64,000 bases of DNA from Betaproteobacteria bacterium. Its GTDB lineage: Bacteria; Pseudomonadota; Gammaproteobacteria; Burkholderiales; UBA3065. Under the pieces are notes generated by a model that ran no database searches, was not told where the DNA came from, and saw only the letters and a program-made list of their open reading frames with translations. Shown here piece after piece: positions 54,613-63,506 of this stretch. The position numbers were made by a program, and so were the translations under genes. Each line of letters opens with the position of its first letter. Position 1 is the first letter of the stretch. The stretch covers positions 678 to 64,677 of the forward strand of contig RFMI01000093.1 of NCBI GenBank assembly GCA_009927815.1, written 5' to 3'.

Positions 54613-55515
54613 CTAGTGGATGCCGCGCTCGATGGCGCGCGCATCGTTGAGCGTCTGCAACAGGCGCGCGCGTTGGTCGCGTCCCGGCCAGGCGCCGTCG
54701 GTGAAGAACACGGCTCGCGACACCGTTAACCACTCGCTAAGCGCCGGCAGCAGGCGGTCCCAGGCAGCGTTGCGCTGTGCCAACAGCGTCACATTGTGCG
54801 TAAACACGGTCTGTCCCGCGGTTTGGTCGAGGGCTGCGTGCAGAGCACGCAAGGCGGCACTCCAGAACTCTTGGTCGTCGCGGTTGCGCGCGCGGTGCGC
54901 TTGGCGAACGGCTTTGGCGAACGGACGTGGGCGCGGCAACAAGGCGTCCCACGGTGTCCAGCAGTACACCAGCGCCAGGATTGGCAGCAAGGCGGCCAGC
55001 GCCAGCCAGCGCAGTCGCGTCGTCAACGGCGCGGTATCGATGCCTTTGGCCGGAATGTCAGCTTGCGTTTCGGTGAGCCGGTCGCGGCCGAGAACCGTCT
55101 GCGGCGTCATCGGCGCCACTGTGACCCAGGCCGGCTGCAGCGGCAGACGGACCAAGCGCTGACCGTCGGTGACCGGTACGGCAAAGCTTGGCGTGCTCAC
55201 CGTACGCACTTCGGTGGGCACGTTGATCACCTGGTAATCCAACACCAAGCGGACACTGCCATCGTCAGGGCGGTCCACAGCGATACTGCGCAACTCGAAC
55301 CAGGTGCCGGCACGGCCCGGCTTTGTCAGCGCTTTGTCTTGCACGCGGACGCCGGGCGCCGGGAATACCCGCACTTCGCGCTGGAAGGTGTCGCCAATCT
55401 GGTAGCCGTAGGGTCGCGGGTCGTGGACCGCGATGCGGGTTTCAGTGAGCGTGTCGTCGGCGTGGGCCGAACCCGCCAGGAGCAGGGCCGCCAAAGTTGC
55501 AAACAGTCGTTTCAT
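54613..55515 (-). CDS. mxaA: MxaA-like protein (signal peptide, periplasmic domain, TM, DUF4381-like tail)
   Basis: Starts 'MKRLFATLAALLLAGSAHA' and has an internal TM helix 'LRWLALAALLPILALVYCW'. I used the internal ATG 55515, which overlaps the DUF58 gene stop (ATGA). Confidence 0.5.
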   Translation of the reverse strand: MKRLFATLAALLLAGSAHADDTLTETRIAVHDPRPYGYQIGDTFQREVRVFPAPGVRVQDKALTKPGRAGTWFELRSIAVDRPDDGSVRLVLDYQVINVPTEVRTVSTPSFAVPVTDGQRLVRLPLQPAWVTVAPMTPQTVLGRDRLTETQADIPAKGIDTAPLTTRLRWLALAALLPILALVYCWTPWDALLPRPRPFAKAVRQAHRARNRDDQEFWSAALRALHAALDQTAGQTVFTHNVTLLAQRNAAWDRLLPALSEWLTVSRAVFFTDGAWPGRDQRARLLQTLNDARAIERGIH

Positions 55516-56360
55516 GCAGCGATCCCGTAGAAATGCGCGCTCACCGCGTCGGCCGAGAAGCCGTCGCGCAAAAACAAGGGGCGGGTGTCGAACGACTGAC
55601 ACAGGTCGCGCAGCGCCTGGTCTCGCTCGGCGTAGGCATCTGCCGGCGCAGCGTCCCAACTGCGGCGCAGCCAGAGCAGCCGGCGCTCGCCACTTTCGAT
55701 GTCCTGCCCCAGGGCAAAGCCGCGCGTCGGCCAGTCGCTGAATTCGCTGCGGTCGCGGATCACCACCGGCACCACGTGGTGCCGCGGCACCGCTTCCAGA
55801 AAGCTCTGCAGGACTGTCAGCGGCCAGTGAAAGTCGGAGACGACAAAAATCAGCCCCGATTCACGCGGCAGCCATGCGGGAACCTCGAGCAGGCCTGCGT
55901 GGCCCGCTTGGCGCTGCGGGTTGTCGCGCAGCTGTTCGAGGACGCTGTCGACCGCCGCACGCTGTTGTCGCACCGGAAGATAGCAGTCGTCGCGCAAGCG
56001 TGCGTCAAAACCGACGAGTCCGAAGCGGTCGCCCATCCGGCTGGCTGACCACGCCGCCGCGTGAACGAAATCAGACGCCGTGGCAGCGGTGTCATGCTGG
56101 CCAGCAAATGTCATCGACGACGATAGATCGAGCACGGTGACCACTGGGATTGCCGCCCGCTGCTGGTACTCGCGGACCCACCATTGCTCGGCCGGGTCAC
56201 GCAGGCTGGCGCGAACATCGAGCCGGCGCGGGTCGGGGTGGGCGAACAGCGAGACATGGCGGCGAAACAGCATGCCGCCGCCGCTCATATTGCTCTGGTG
56301 AGCCCCCGGGCGTTGGCTGTAAGCCTTGCCCGGTAGCCGATAGTGGAATTCGGCGACCAT
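55512..56360 (-). CDS. mxaS: DUF58-family protein, MxaS-like
   Basis: Contains 'VREYQQ......V.DLSSSM' and 'IFVVSDF'. It immediately follows the MoxR ATPase gene. Confidence 0.7.
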   Translation of the reverse strand: MVAEFHYRLPGKAYSQRPGAHQSNMSGGGMLFRRHVSLFAHPDPRRLDVRASLRDPAEQWWVREYQQRAAIPVVTVLDLSSSMTFAGQHDTAATASDFVHAAAWSASRMGDRFGLVGFDARLRDDCYLPVRQQRAAVDSVLEQLRDNPQRQAGHAGLLEVPAWLPRESGLIFVVSDFHWPLTVLQSFLEAVPRHHVVPVVIRDRSEFSDWPTRGFALGQDIESGERRLLWLRRSWDAAPADAYAERDQALRDLCQSFDTRPLFLRDGFSADAVSAHFYGIAA

Positions 56361-56373
56361 GGGTCAGAGCCGG

Positions 56374-57408
56374 TCAGGGTGCGGCGATCTGATCGGTGCA
56401 GGCCTGCAGCAGGGCGTTGACCACCTCGCTGCGGCGCATCTCGTAATTCGGATACAGGAAGATGCGATGGGCCACCGTTTCGCGCAAGGCGCCGTGCAAG
56501 TCTTCCGGGACCAGCTGGGTGCGGCCCTGCAGCCAAGCTTCGACCCGCGCCGCCCGCAGCATCAGGCTCATGCCGCGCGGGCTGGCGCCGGCCTCGACCA
56601 GACGGTTGGTGTCGATGCCGTCGATGCGGATGCCGGCCTCTCCGGGTCGGCGCAAGGCGCGCCACAAGCGCACCGCGTATTGCTGCAGCGCCGGGCTGGC
56701 GGTAACCGACTCTTGGATCAGCTTGCCGATGCCGTTGAGCTCGGTGTAGGGCATCACCGCTTCCGGAACTTGCGAGATCAGCGCATCGCCGTCGTGGAAG
56801 CGGGTGTTGAACATCAGATCGGTCTGAATCGCCTCGTCGCTCGGCGTCTCGATCTGGATCTCCATCAGGAAGCGGTCGCGTGCCGCCGAGGAGATCTCGA
56901 AGGTCTCTTCCTTCTCGATGCGGTTGCGGTCGGCAAACACTTGCAGATGCGGGAACTGGTATTCGCGGTTGAAGGCGTTGACGCTGCGTTCGGCCATGAT
57001 CCGCAGCAGCAGCGAGTGCACTTGCGGTCGGGCACGGTTGATTTCGTTGAAGAAGAAGGTCGAGAGGTGGGCGCCGTGTTTGAGGATGGGGCCGGCATCG
57101 ACGCGCGGGCGGCCGTCTTCACCGATGTAGGTGTAGTAGACAAGGTCGGTCGGCATCAGGTCGACGGTGCCCTCGATGCGCTCGTAGGCGCCGCCGACAG
57201 CACGCGCCACTGCGCGCAGCAGCGTGGTCTTGCCGACGCCGACGTCGCCCTCGAGCAGAACGTGGCCGCGCGCGAACACCGCCAAGGTGATCAGGTGGAT
57301 GGCGCGATCCTGACCCACGACGGCGGTCTTCAATGCGGCTTCAAAGGTGTTGGCGCGATCACGCCAGTCGGCAAGCAGATTCTCGGACACGCCGTTTTCC
57401 TCGGACAT
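56374..57408 (-). CDS. mxaR: MoxR-family AAA+ ATPase, MxaR-like
   Basis: Contains 'VVGQDRAI..I.LA.FA.GHVLLEG.VGVGKT' and 'FFFNEINRA.P.V.S.LL..M.ER'. I used the internal ATG 57408. Confidence 0.85.
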   Translation of the reverse strand: MSEENGVSENLLADWRDRANTFEAALKTAVVGQDRAIHLITLAVFARGHVLLEGDVGVGKTTLLRAVARAVGGAYERIEGTVDLMPTDLVYYTYIGEDGRPRVDAGPILKHGAHLSTFFFNEINRARPQVHSLLLRIMAERSVNAFNREYQFPHLQVFADRNRIEKEETFEISSAARDRFLMEIQIETPSDEAIQTDLMFNTRFHDGDALISQVPEAVMPYTELNGIGKLIQESVTASPALQQYAVRLWRALRRPGEAGIRIDGIDTNRLVEAGASPRGMSLMLRAARVEAWLQGRTQLVPEDLHGALRETVAHRIFLYPNYEMRRSEVVNALLQACTDQIAAP

Positions 57409-57584
57409 TAGTAAGGTCAAGACCGAGTTGAAAGCTAGCACAAATCGATTCGGCTTTTATCCCGCCGAAAGGCATAGGCCGCCGCACGCCGGAACTCTCG
57501 GCGATGCACGCATTCTGAGTAGGGCTTGGCGCACAATCGCGCCGCGGCGTCGGTGACGACGTGACCATTAGAGGAACTCGACGT

Positions 57585-58394
57585 ATGAACACTCACAACC
57601 GCGGCTTGCTGGCCGCAAGATTCCTAGTTGTAGCCGCAGGCACGGCGCTGGCGCTCTCAGCAGTTGCCGCGGATGCACCGGTCGCTGCTGACAAGCCGGC
57701 GGCGTCCAATAAGGATATCGGCCCGGTTAAGCCGACCAAGCCGCAGTACGACACGGGCCTTAAGCCCAAGGAGGAAATCACCGCCGCCGAGCAGATGGTC
57801 TTTCTCGATGAGCATCTCGCCAATATCAAGGCCTCTGCCACGCTGACCTACGCGTTTACCAAGCAAGGCTCGATGGAAAAAGGGTTCTCGGACAGCGTTG
57901 AGGAGGCAGTCACCCTCAATGGCAAGAGCCGCACGGTTAAGGCCAAATTCCTGAGTGGGCTCAATAGCAAGGAGTTCGCGCCGATCGACGAGGCTTTGAG
58001 CAACCCGGTCATCCTGCATTTTCTCGAGCGCGATCTGGCCGAGATGCAACGTCTGACCAGCGGTCAGCCCAACTATTTCCGCAAACGCATCCGCTTGGCA
58101 TTGGCCGAGGGCCCGGAGGCCAAGCCGGTCAAGTTTACGTTCAATGGCAAGCCAGTCGACGCCAAGGCGGTTTCAGTTGAGCCTTACATCACCGACCCGA
58201 TGGTCAACGACCCGTCACGCGCGGCCTACAAGCGCTACCGCGGCAAGCGTTACACCTTTGTGTTCTCGGACGCCGTGCCAGGCAAGGTGGCCGAGATGCG
58301 CTTCACCATCCCCGACATGGGCTTGGCTGGTGAGTCTGCGTTCGAGAAGCCGCTGCTCGAAGAGGTGTTGACCCTGCAGGGCCCCAAGAAGTAA
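57585..58394 (+). CDS. secreted hypothetical protein
   Basis: The ATG follows a GAGGA ribosome-binding site. The Sec signal reads 'FLVVAAGTALALSAVAADAP'. I recognise no motif. It is divergent from mxaR. Confidence 0.5.
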   Translation: MNTHNRGLLAARFLVVAAGTALALSAVAADAPVAADKPAASNKDIGPVKPTKPQYDTGLKPKEEITAAEQMVFLDEHLANIKASATLTYAFTKQGSMEKGFSDSVEEAVTLNGKSRTVKAKFLSGLNSKEFAPIDEALSNPVILHFLERDLAEMQRLTSGQPNYFRKRIRLALAEGPEAKPVKFTFNGKPVDAKAVSVEPYITDPMVNDPSRAAYKRYRGKRYTFVFSDAVPGKVAEMRFTIPDMGLAGESAFEKPLLEEVLTLQGPKK

Positions 58395-58415
58395 GCCGAG
58401 TCTGTGCTGCACCCC

Positions 58416-58450
58416 AACAGGCCCGTCGATGACGGGCCTGTTTGCTTGTT
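58416..58450 (+). terminator. intrinsic terminator after the secreted hypothetical gene
   Basis: A 12-bp stem (AACAGGCCCGTC, loop gat, GACGGGCCTGTT) followed by a T-rich tract (TGCTTGTT). Confidence 0.6.
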
Positions 58451-58541
58451 GGCCGATGACACGACTGTTACCATCGCGCGCCGGCTCAAGAGCCAATGTG
58501 TGTTCAACTCGCAGGAGCGGCCCTCACCGGCCCGCCAGACC

Positions 58542-59609
58542 ATGACCAAGCCCCAGACCGACGACACCCGTATCCGCCAGAGCGACGTTTTGCTCGCCCC
58601 GATGCAATTGCTGCGCGAGCTCGACGCCAGCGAAGCGGCGTTGGCCGTGACCGCCGAGGCGCGCGAGGGTATTCACCGCATCTTGCGCGGTGAGGACGAC
58701 CGGCTGGTGGTGGTGGTCGGCCCGTGTTCGATTCATGATCCGAAGGCCGCGATGGACTACGCACAGCGCCTCAAGGCCCTGTTGCCGGAGGTCGATCGTG
58801 AGCTGCTGGTGGTGATGCGCGTCTACTTCGAGAAGCCACGCACTACGGTCGGCTGGAAGGGTCTGATCAACGACCCGCACCTCAACGAGACCTATGACAT
58901 CAACGAGGGCCTGCGCCTGGCACGCAAGATCCTGCTCGACATCAACGAGCTCGGCCTGCCCTGCGGCACCGAGTTCCTCGACCTGATCAGCCCGCAATAC
59001 ATTGCCGATCTGGTCGCTTGGGGCGCCATCGGCGCCCGCACCACCGAGTCGCAGTCGCATCGCCAGCTCGCTTCGGGCCTGAGCTGTCCGGTGGGTTTCA
59101 AGAACGGCACCGATGGCAACATTCGCATCGCTGTTGACGCGATGCGCGCCGCTGCTGCGTCGCACAGCTTCATCTCGGTGACCAAGACCGGTCAGGTCGC
59201 AGTGTTCGAGACCGCGGGCAACGAGGACTGCCACGTCATTTTGCGGGGCGGCAAGTCCACCAACTTCGACGCCGCCAGTGTCGACGCCGCGTGCAACGAA
59301 CTGGCCGCCGCCAAGCAGCGGCCGCAGGTGATGATCGATTTCTCGCATGCCAATTCGAGCAAGCAGCACCAAAAGCAAATCGAGGTGGGCGCCGACGTCG
59401 CCGGGCAGATCGCTGGCGGCGAGACGCGCGTTATGGGCGTGATGATCGAGAGCCACCTCAAGGCGGGTCGTCAAGACTTGGTGGTGGGGCAGTCGCTTGA
59501 GTATGGCCAGTCGATCACCGACGCCTGCATCTCGTGGGATGACACGGCGCCGCTGCTGCGCCAGTTGGCTCAGGCGGTCGCGACGCGCCGCCAACGCCAG
59601 TCCGCCTGA
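58542..59609 (+). CDS. aroG: 3-deoxy-7-phosphoheptulonate (DAHP) synthase, class I
   Basis: Contains 'VVVGPCSIHD', 'YFEKPRTTVGWKGL' and 'GARTTESQ.HR..ASG'. I used the internal ATG 58542. The isozyme letter is not determinable. Confidence 0.9.
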   Translation: MTKPQTDDTRIRQSDVLLAPMQLLRELDASEAALAVTAEAREGIHRILRGEDDRLVVVVGPCSIHDPKAAMDYAQRLKALLPEVDRELLVVMRVYFEKPRTTVGWKGLINDPHLNETYDINEGLRLARKILLDINELGLPCGTEFLDLISPQYIADLVAWGAIGARTTESQSHRQLASGLSCPVGFKNGTDGNIRIAVDAMRAAAASHSFISVTKTGQVAVFETAGNEDCHVILRGGKSTNFDAASVDAACNELAAAKQRPQVMIDFSHANSSKQHQKQIEVGADVAGQIAGGETRVMGVMIESHLKAGRQDLVVGQSLEYGQSITDACISWDDTAPLLRQLAQAVATRRQRQSA

Positions 59610-59639
59610 GCGGCCACCAAGCACCACTGCGGGCGCGGC

Positions 59640-60473
59640 GTGCAGCGCATCCACAGCGTCGCTGACTTGCACGCGGCCCTTGCAGGGGCGCGCTCCAGCG
59701 TGCTGGTGCCGACCATGGGCAACCTCCACGAGGGGCACCTGCAACTGGTCCGTCACGCGGGGAGTCTGGGCGCACCCGTGGTCGCCAGTGTCTTCGTCAA
59801 CCGGCTGCAATTCGGCGTTGGCGAGGACTTCGACCGCTATCCCCGCACCCTTGACGACGACGCGACGGCGCTGGCTGGCGCCGGCTGCGACATCCTGTTC
59901 GCGCCGGATGAGCGCGAACTCTACCCGCACCCACAGCAGATCCTGATCCAGCCGCCTCCCGAAGCGGACCAGCTCTGTGGCGCGCACCGCGCGGGCCACT
60001 TTGCTGGCGTGCTGACGGTGGTCAACAAGCTATTCAATCTGGTGCAACCGGCAGCGGCAGTGTTTGGCGAGAAGGATTTTCAGCAGCTTTGGCTGATTCG
60101 CAGCATGGTGGCGCAGCTGGCGATGCCGGTGCGCGTCGTCGGGCACCCGACGGCCCGTGCGGATGATGGCTTGGCCCTCTCTAGTCGCAATCGCTACTTA
60201 AGTGCTGCCGAACGCACGGAGGCGCCGCAGCTCTACCAAGCCCTGTGCCGGGTGCGCGACCGGGCTTGTGGCGGTCATTGGGACCCGCAGGCGCTGGCGG
60301 CCGGGGCTGAGCGCGAGCTGGAAGCGCGCGGCTGGCGCGTCGACTACGTTGCGCTGCGGGATGCCGTCAGCCTGCGCGAGCCCGACGCGCGCACCCGCGA
60401 TTGGGTGGTGTTGGCCGCCGCCCGGCTCGGCGATACCCGGCTGATCGACAACCTGATGTTTCGCCGCCTCTAG
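59640..60473 (+). CDS. panC: pantoate--beta-alanine ligase
   Basis: Contains 'VPTMGNLHEGHL', 'FVNRLQF' and 'FGEKDFQQ'. It uses a GTG start. Confidence 0.9.
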   Translation: MQRIHSVADLHAALAGARSSVLVPTMGNLHEGHLQLVRHAGSLGAPVVASVFVNRLQFGVGEDFDRYPRTLDDDATALAGAGCDILFAPDERELYPHPQQILIQPPPEADQLCGAHRAGHFAGVLTVVNKLFNLVQPAAAVFGEKDFQQLWLIRSMVAQLAMPVRVVGHPTARADDGLALSSRNRYLSAAERTEAPQLYQALCRVRDRACGGHWDPQALAAGAERELEARGWRVDYVALRDAVSLREPDARTRDWVVLAAARLGDTRLIDNLMFRRL

Positions 60474-61552
60474 CCCACCAGGGTCATGCGGATCAGTTCT
60501 TGCTGGTTGCGCGTGCCAGTTTTGCGAAAGATCGACGACAGCTGACAACGTACAGTGCGCTCGCTGGTGCCAAGCAGGGCGGCGATGCCGGCGGGCGTCT
60601 GTCCCGACCGCACCAAATGCACCATGACCCGCTTTTCGGCGCGGCTCAAGGCAAAGGCTTCAGCCTGGCGCTCGATCTTGAGCATGATGTCGCGCTTGAG
60701 TTCGTGCACCAGCACCATCAAGTGTTCCGGGCGCTCGTCGCTGCGGCCGTTGGCGCCATAGATCGGCAAGACGTCGAAGCTGACCTGTCCACCGTCCGGG
60801 CTCATGGCGATGGTACGGATCTCCTCGCCGGTCCAGCCGGCGAGGATCGCTTCACGTAAGACCAGCTCAGCTTGGCGATCCGGCAAGGTCAGTCGTCCGT
60901 GTTCAAGGCGCGCGATGTCGGACCGCAGCAGAAAGCTGCGCGCCAAGGGATTGCAGTCCACTACGCGGTCGTTGGCGTCGATCACCAGCCAGGCCTCACC
61001 CAGATGCAGCACCGCGGTGCTGTGGAAGCTGGCGGTGCGTTGCTTGCGCGCCAGAGCGCGTTGCATCCGCGCCGCGCCCAGCAGGTGCTGCGACACCAGC
61101 AGTCGCAGGTCTTGCTGCTGCGACGAGAACCGCACGCGACCCTCGGCGTGTGCCACGCTCAGATGGGCAGGGGCGCAGCCTTCAATCGCATCGATTTCGG
61201 GGATGACCACGGTGAGCACCCGGCCGCGGCCGCTGGCCGGCTTCACATCGCGGGCGAAGGCGGCATCGTCGACCGTGCGGGGCGCTCGAGCACTGTGATC
61301 GCTAACCCGTCGTGTCGTCGCTGCCGGCTGAGCGTATTCGCCGGGAAGGCGCTCGGCCTGATTACTGTCGACGTTGTAGTAGCCGTCGCCGAGCAGCTTG
61401 ACCGCTTCGCCTTCGGTGTGACACAAGACCACGGCATCGGCATCGAACAGGTGCGCGAGCCGCTCGGCAACCTCTCGCCACAACGACGGGTTCATTGCCG
61501 CTTGGTACATCGTCGCGACCGTGCCCGAAAAGTCCGGGGTGTCCATGTTCAT
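60470..61552 (-). CDS. LuxR-family transcriptional regulator with an uncharacterised N-terminal sensor domain
   Basis: The C-terminal HTH reads 'LSRAEKRVMVHLVRSGQTPAGIAALLGTSERTVRCQLSSIFRKTG'. I used the internal ATG 61552 (MNMDTPDF). Confidence 0.7.
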   Translation of the reverse strand: MNMDTPDFSGTVATMYQAAMNPSLWREVAERLAHLFDADAVVLCHTEGEAVKLLGDGYYNVDSNQAERLPGEYAQPAATTRRVSDHSARAPRTVDDAAFARDVKPASGRGRVLTVVIPEIDAIEGCAPAHLSVAHAEGRVRFSSQQQDLRLLVSQHLLGAARMQRALARKQRTASFHSTAVLHLGEAWLVIDANDRVVDCNPLARSFLLRSDIARLEHGRLTLPDRQAELVLREAILAGWTGEEIRTIAMSPDGGQVSFDVLPIYGANGRSDERPEHLMVLVHELKRDIMLKIERQAEAFALSRAEKRVMVHLVRSGQTPAGIAALLGTSERTVRCQLSSIFRKTGTRNQQELIRMTLVG

Positions 61553-61705
61553 GGTCTGTCTTCCATTGGATGAGTAACGTACAGCCATGGCAGGACGGCG
61601 GCAAGCCGGCGGTGCTTTGGCCTCCCGAACCCTCGTGCAGCGGTGCCTTGGGTTCAGACTCAATCTACGTTGACAGTTTTTCTTTTGACATCGGTCAAGT
61701 GGACG

Positions 61706-61737
61706 ACAAAAAACCCGGCCTGGGCCGGGTTTTTTTG
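61706..61737. terminator. bidirectional hairpin downstream of the H-NS-like gene
   Basis: AAAAAACCCGGCC-TG-GGCCGGGTTTTTTT: a GC stem flanked by A6 and T7 runs. Confidence 0.5.
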
Positions 61738-61752
61738 CGGATGCTGTGGCGC

Positions 61753-62076
61753 TTACGCTGCAAGTTGGTCGAGACTCTTGCCGCCGCTGAGCCACGCCTC
61801 GATCCAACGCGGCCGCTTGCCGCGCCCGGTCCAGGTCAGGCTGGCATCGTCGGGGTGGCGGTACTTGACCGCGACTTTGCCACGCACACTGCCGCTGGCA
61901 CGCCCGGCGCCCTTGGCAGCGACCAGGTCATCGAGCGATAGGCCCAGTTCGGCCGCGCGGCGGCGAAATTCGTTAACCAGCCCGTCGGCTTCCGATTTAC
62001 GGCGCTGGTTCAATTCGCGTTCGATGTCTTTTTGCAGGGTGGTCAGTTCGCTGACCGAAAGACGGCTGATATCCAT
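61753..62076 (-). CDS. H-NS-family nucleoid-associated protein
   Basis: Has an N-terminal coiled coil and the C-terminal DNA-binding motif 'TWTGRGKRPRW'. 107 aa. An AT-richer region lies upstream. Confidence 0.8.
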   Translation of the reverse strand: MDISRLSVSELTTLQKDIERELNQRRKSEADGLVNEFRRRAAELGLSLDDLVAAKGAGRASGSVRGKVAVKYRHPDDASLTWTGRGKRPRWIEAWLSGGKSLDQLAA

Positions 62077-62390
62077 TGTGTCGTGCCTCTTGTTTGATTG
62101 AGCGTTGGTTTTTATTGAGGGTTGTTTGCGCGTTCAGTATGGCTTTTGGATTCGATCAGGTTTCCACCACGCAAATATCAGCAGGCGGTTTAACCAAACC
62201 GAAGCCGTCAATATATCCCAAATCAAACGATAATGCGGCGAATCCATGCAAGAAGCCGATTGCGGGCGAACACTCGAATAATCGATCGGCCGAATCGGAC
62301 AGTCATAATCGCTCCGACCGGCAACTGTGTGACCGCGAGTGCCAAGCCGTCCGGTGCTAACATCTGTAGCTTCTTCAGCAAGGATTCGAC

Positions 62391-63506
62391 GTGTCAGGCA
62401 ACAGCATCGGCACCCTGTTTAGAGTCAGTTCGTTCGGCGAATCGCATGGCCCCGCCATCGGTTGCGTGGTCGACGGTTGCCCGCCGGGGTTGACACTCGA
62501 CCTTGAGGCCATCCAGCGCGACCTTGATCGCCGCAAGCCGGGGACGTCGCGGCACGTCACCCAGCGTGCCGAGGACGATCGGGTGGAGGTGCTGTCCGGC
62601 GTGTTCGAGGGGCGCACCACTGGCACGCCGATTGCGCTGTTGATTCGCAACACCGACCAGCGCAGTGGCGACTACAGCAAGATTGCGCGCACTTTCCGCC
62701 CCGGCCATGCGGATTACACCTACTGGCATAAATATGGCGTTCGCGATTATCGCGGCGGCGGTCGCTCGTCGGCGCGTGAGACTGCTGTCCGTGTGGCTGC
62801 CGGTGCGATCGCCAAGCAATGGCTTTCATCGCGATTCGGTATCGACATTCATGGTTGGATGAGCCAACTCGGCGAGCTGGCGATTCCCTACACCGATCGC
62901 AGCGAAATCGATCGCAACGCATTTTTCGCGCCGGATGCGGCGAGCGTGACACGTCTCGAGGCACTGATGGACGCGGTGCGCAGCGAGCGCGACTCGGTTG
63001 GCGCGCGCATCGAGGTGATGGCGCGCGGTGTCCCGGTGGGCTGGGGGCAGCCAGTGTTTGACCGCCTCGACGCCGACATTGCCCACGCCATGATGGGCAT
63101 TAACGCGGTCAAGGCAGTGTCGATCGGCGACGGCTTCGACGTGGTGGCGCAGCGTGGCTCCCTCCACGGCGACGAACTTACGCCGCGTGGCTTTGCGAGC
63201 AACCATGCCGGCGGCGTGCTCGGGGGCATTAGCACCGGTCAGGACATTCGCGTGAGTCTTGCGATCAAGCCGACCTCGAGCATCCCTCAGCTGCGCCATT
63301 CGATCGACATCGAGGGTCAGCCGGTCGAGATGCAGACGACCGGTCGCCATGATCCTTGCGTCGGCATCCGTGCCACACCGATCGCCGAGGCCATGCTGGC
63401 GCTGGTGCTGATCGACCACGCGCTAATGCACCGCGCTCAATGCGGCGATGTCGCCACCCTGACCCCAGCCATTCCCGGCCGCATCGCCGACGAGCCGGGC
63501 GCTTGA
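62391..63506 (+). CDS. aroC: chorismate synthase
   Basis: Contains '[25 protein letters not shown]', '[11 protein letters not shown]' and 'GRHDPCV'. It uses a GTG start. Confidence 0.95.
   Translation: MSGNSIGTLFRVSSFGESHGPAIGCVVDGCPPGLTLDLEAIQRDLDRRKPGTSRHVTQRAEDDRVEVLSGVFEGRTTGTPIALLIRNTDQRSGDYSKIARTFRPGHADYTYWHKYGVRDYRGGGRSSARETAVRVAAGAIAKQWLSSRFGIDIHGWMSQLGELAIPYTDRSEIDRNAFFAPDAASVTRLEALMDAVRSERDSVGARIEVMARGVPVGWGQPVFDRLDADIAHAMMGINAVKAVSIGDGFDVVAQRGSLHGDELTPRGFASNHAGGVLGGISTGQDIRVSLAIKPTSSIPQLRHSIDIEGQPVEMQTTGRHDPCVGIRATPIAEAMLALVLIDHALMHRAQCGDVATLTPAIPGRIADEPGA

Noticed and set aside
58524-59999. A 491-aa ORF antisense to aroG and panC
   Set aside because: It spans two well-supported sense genes and their intergenic gap. 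It is a compositional artefact.
62076-62493. Two small ORFs (94 aa and 86 aa) in the hns-aroC intergenic region
   Set aside because: The region is AT-richer promoter-like DNA. The ORFs have no ribosome-binding site, overlap each other and the aroC start, and show no motif.
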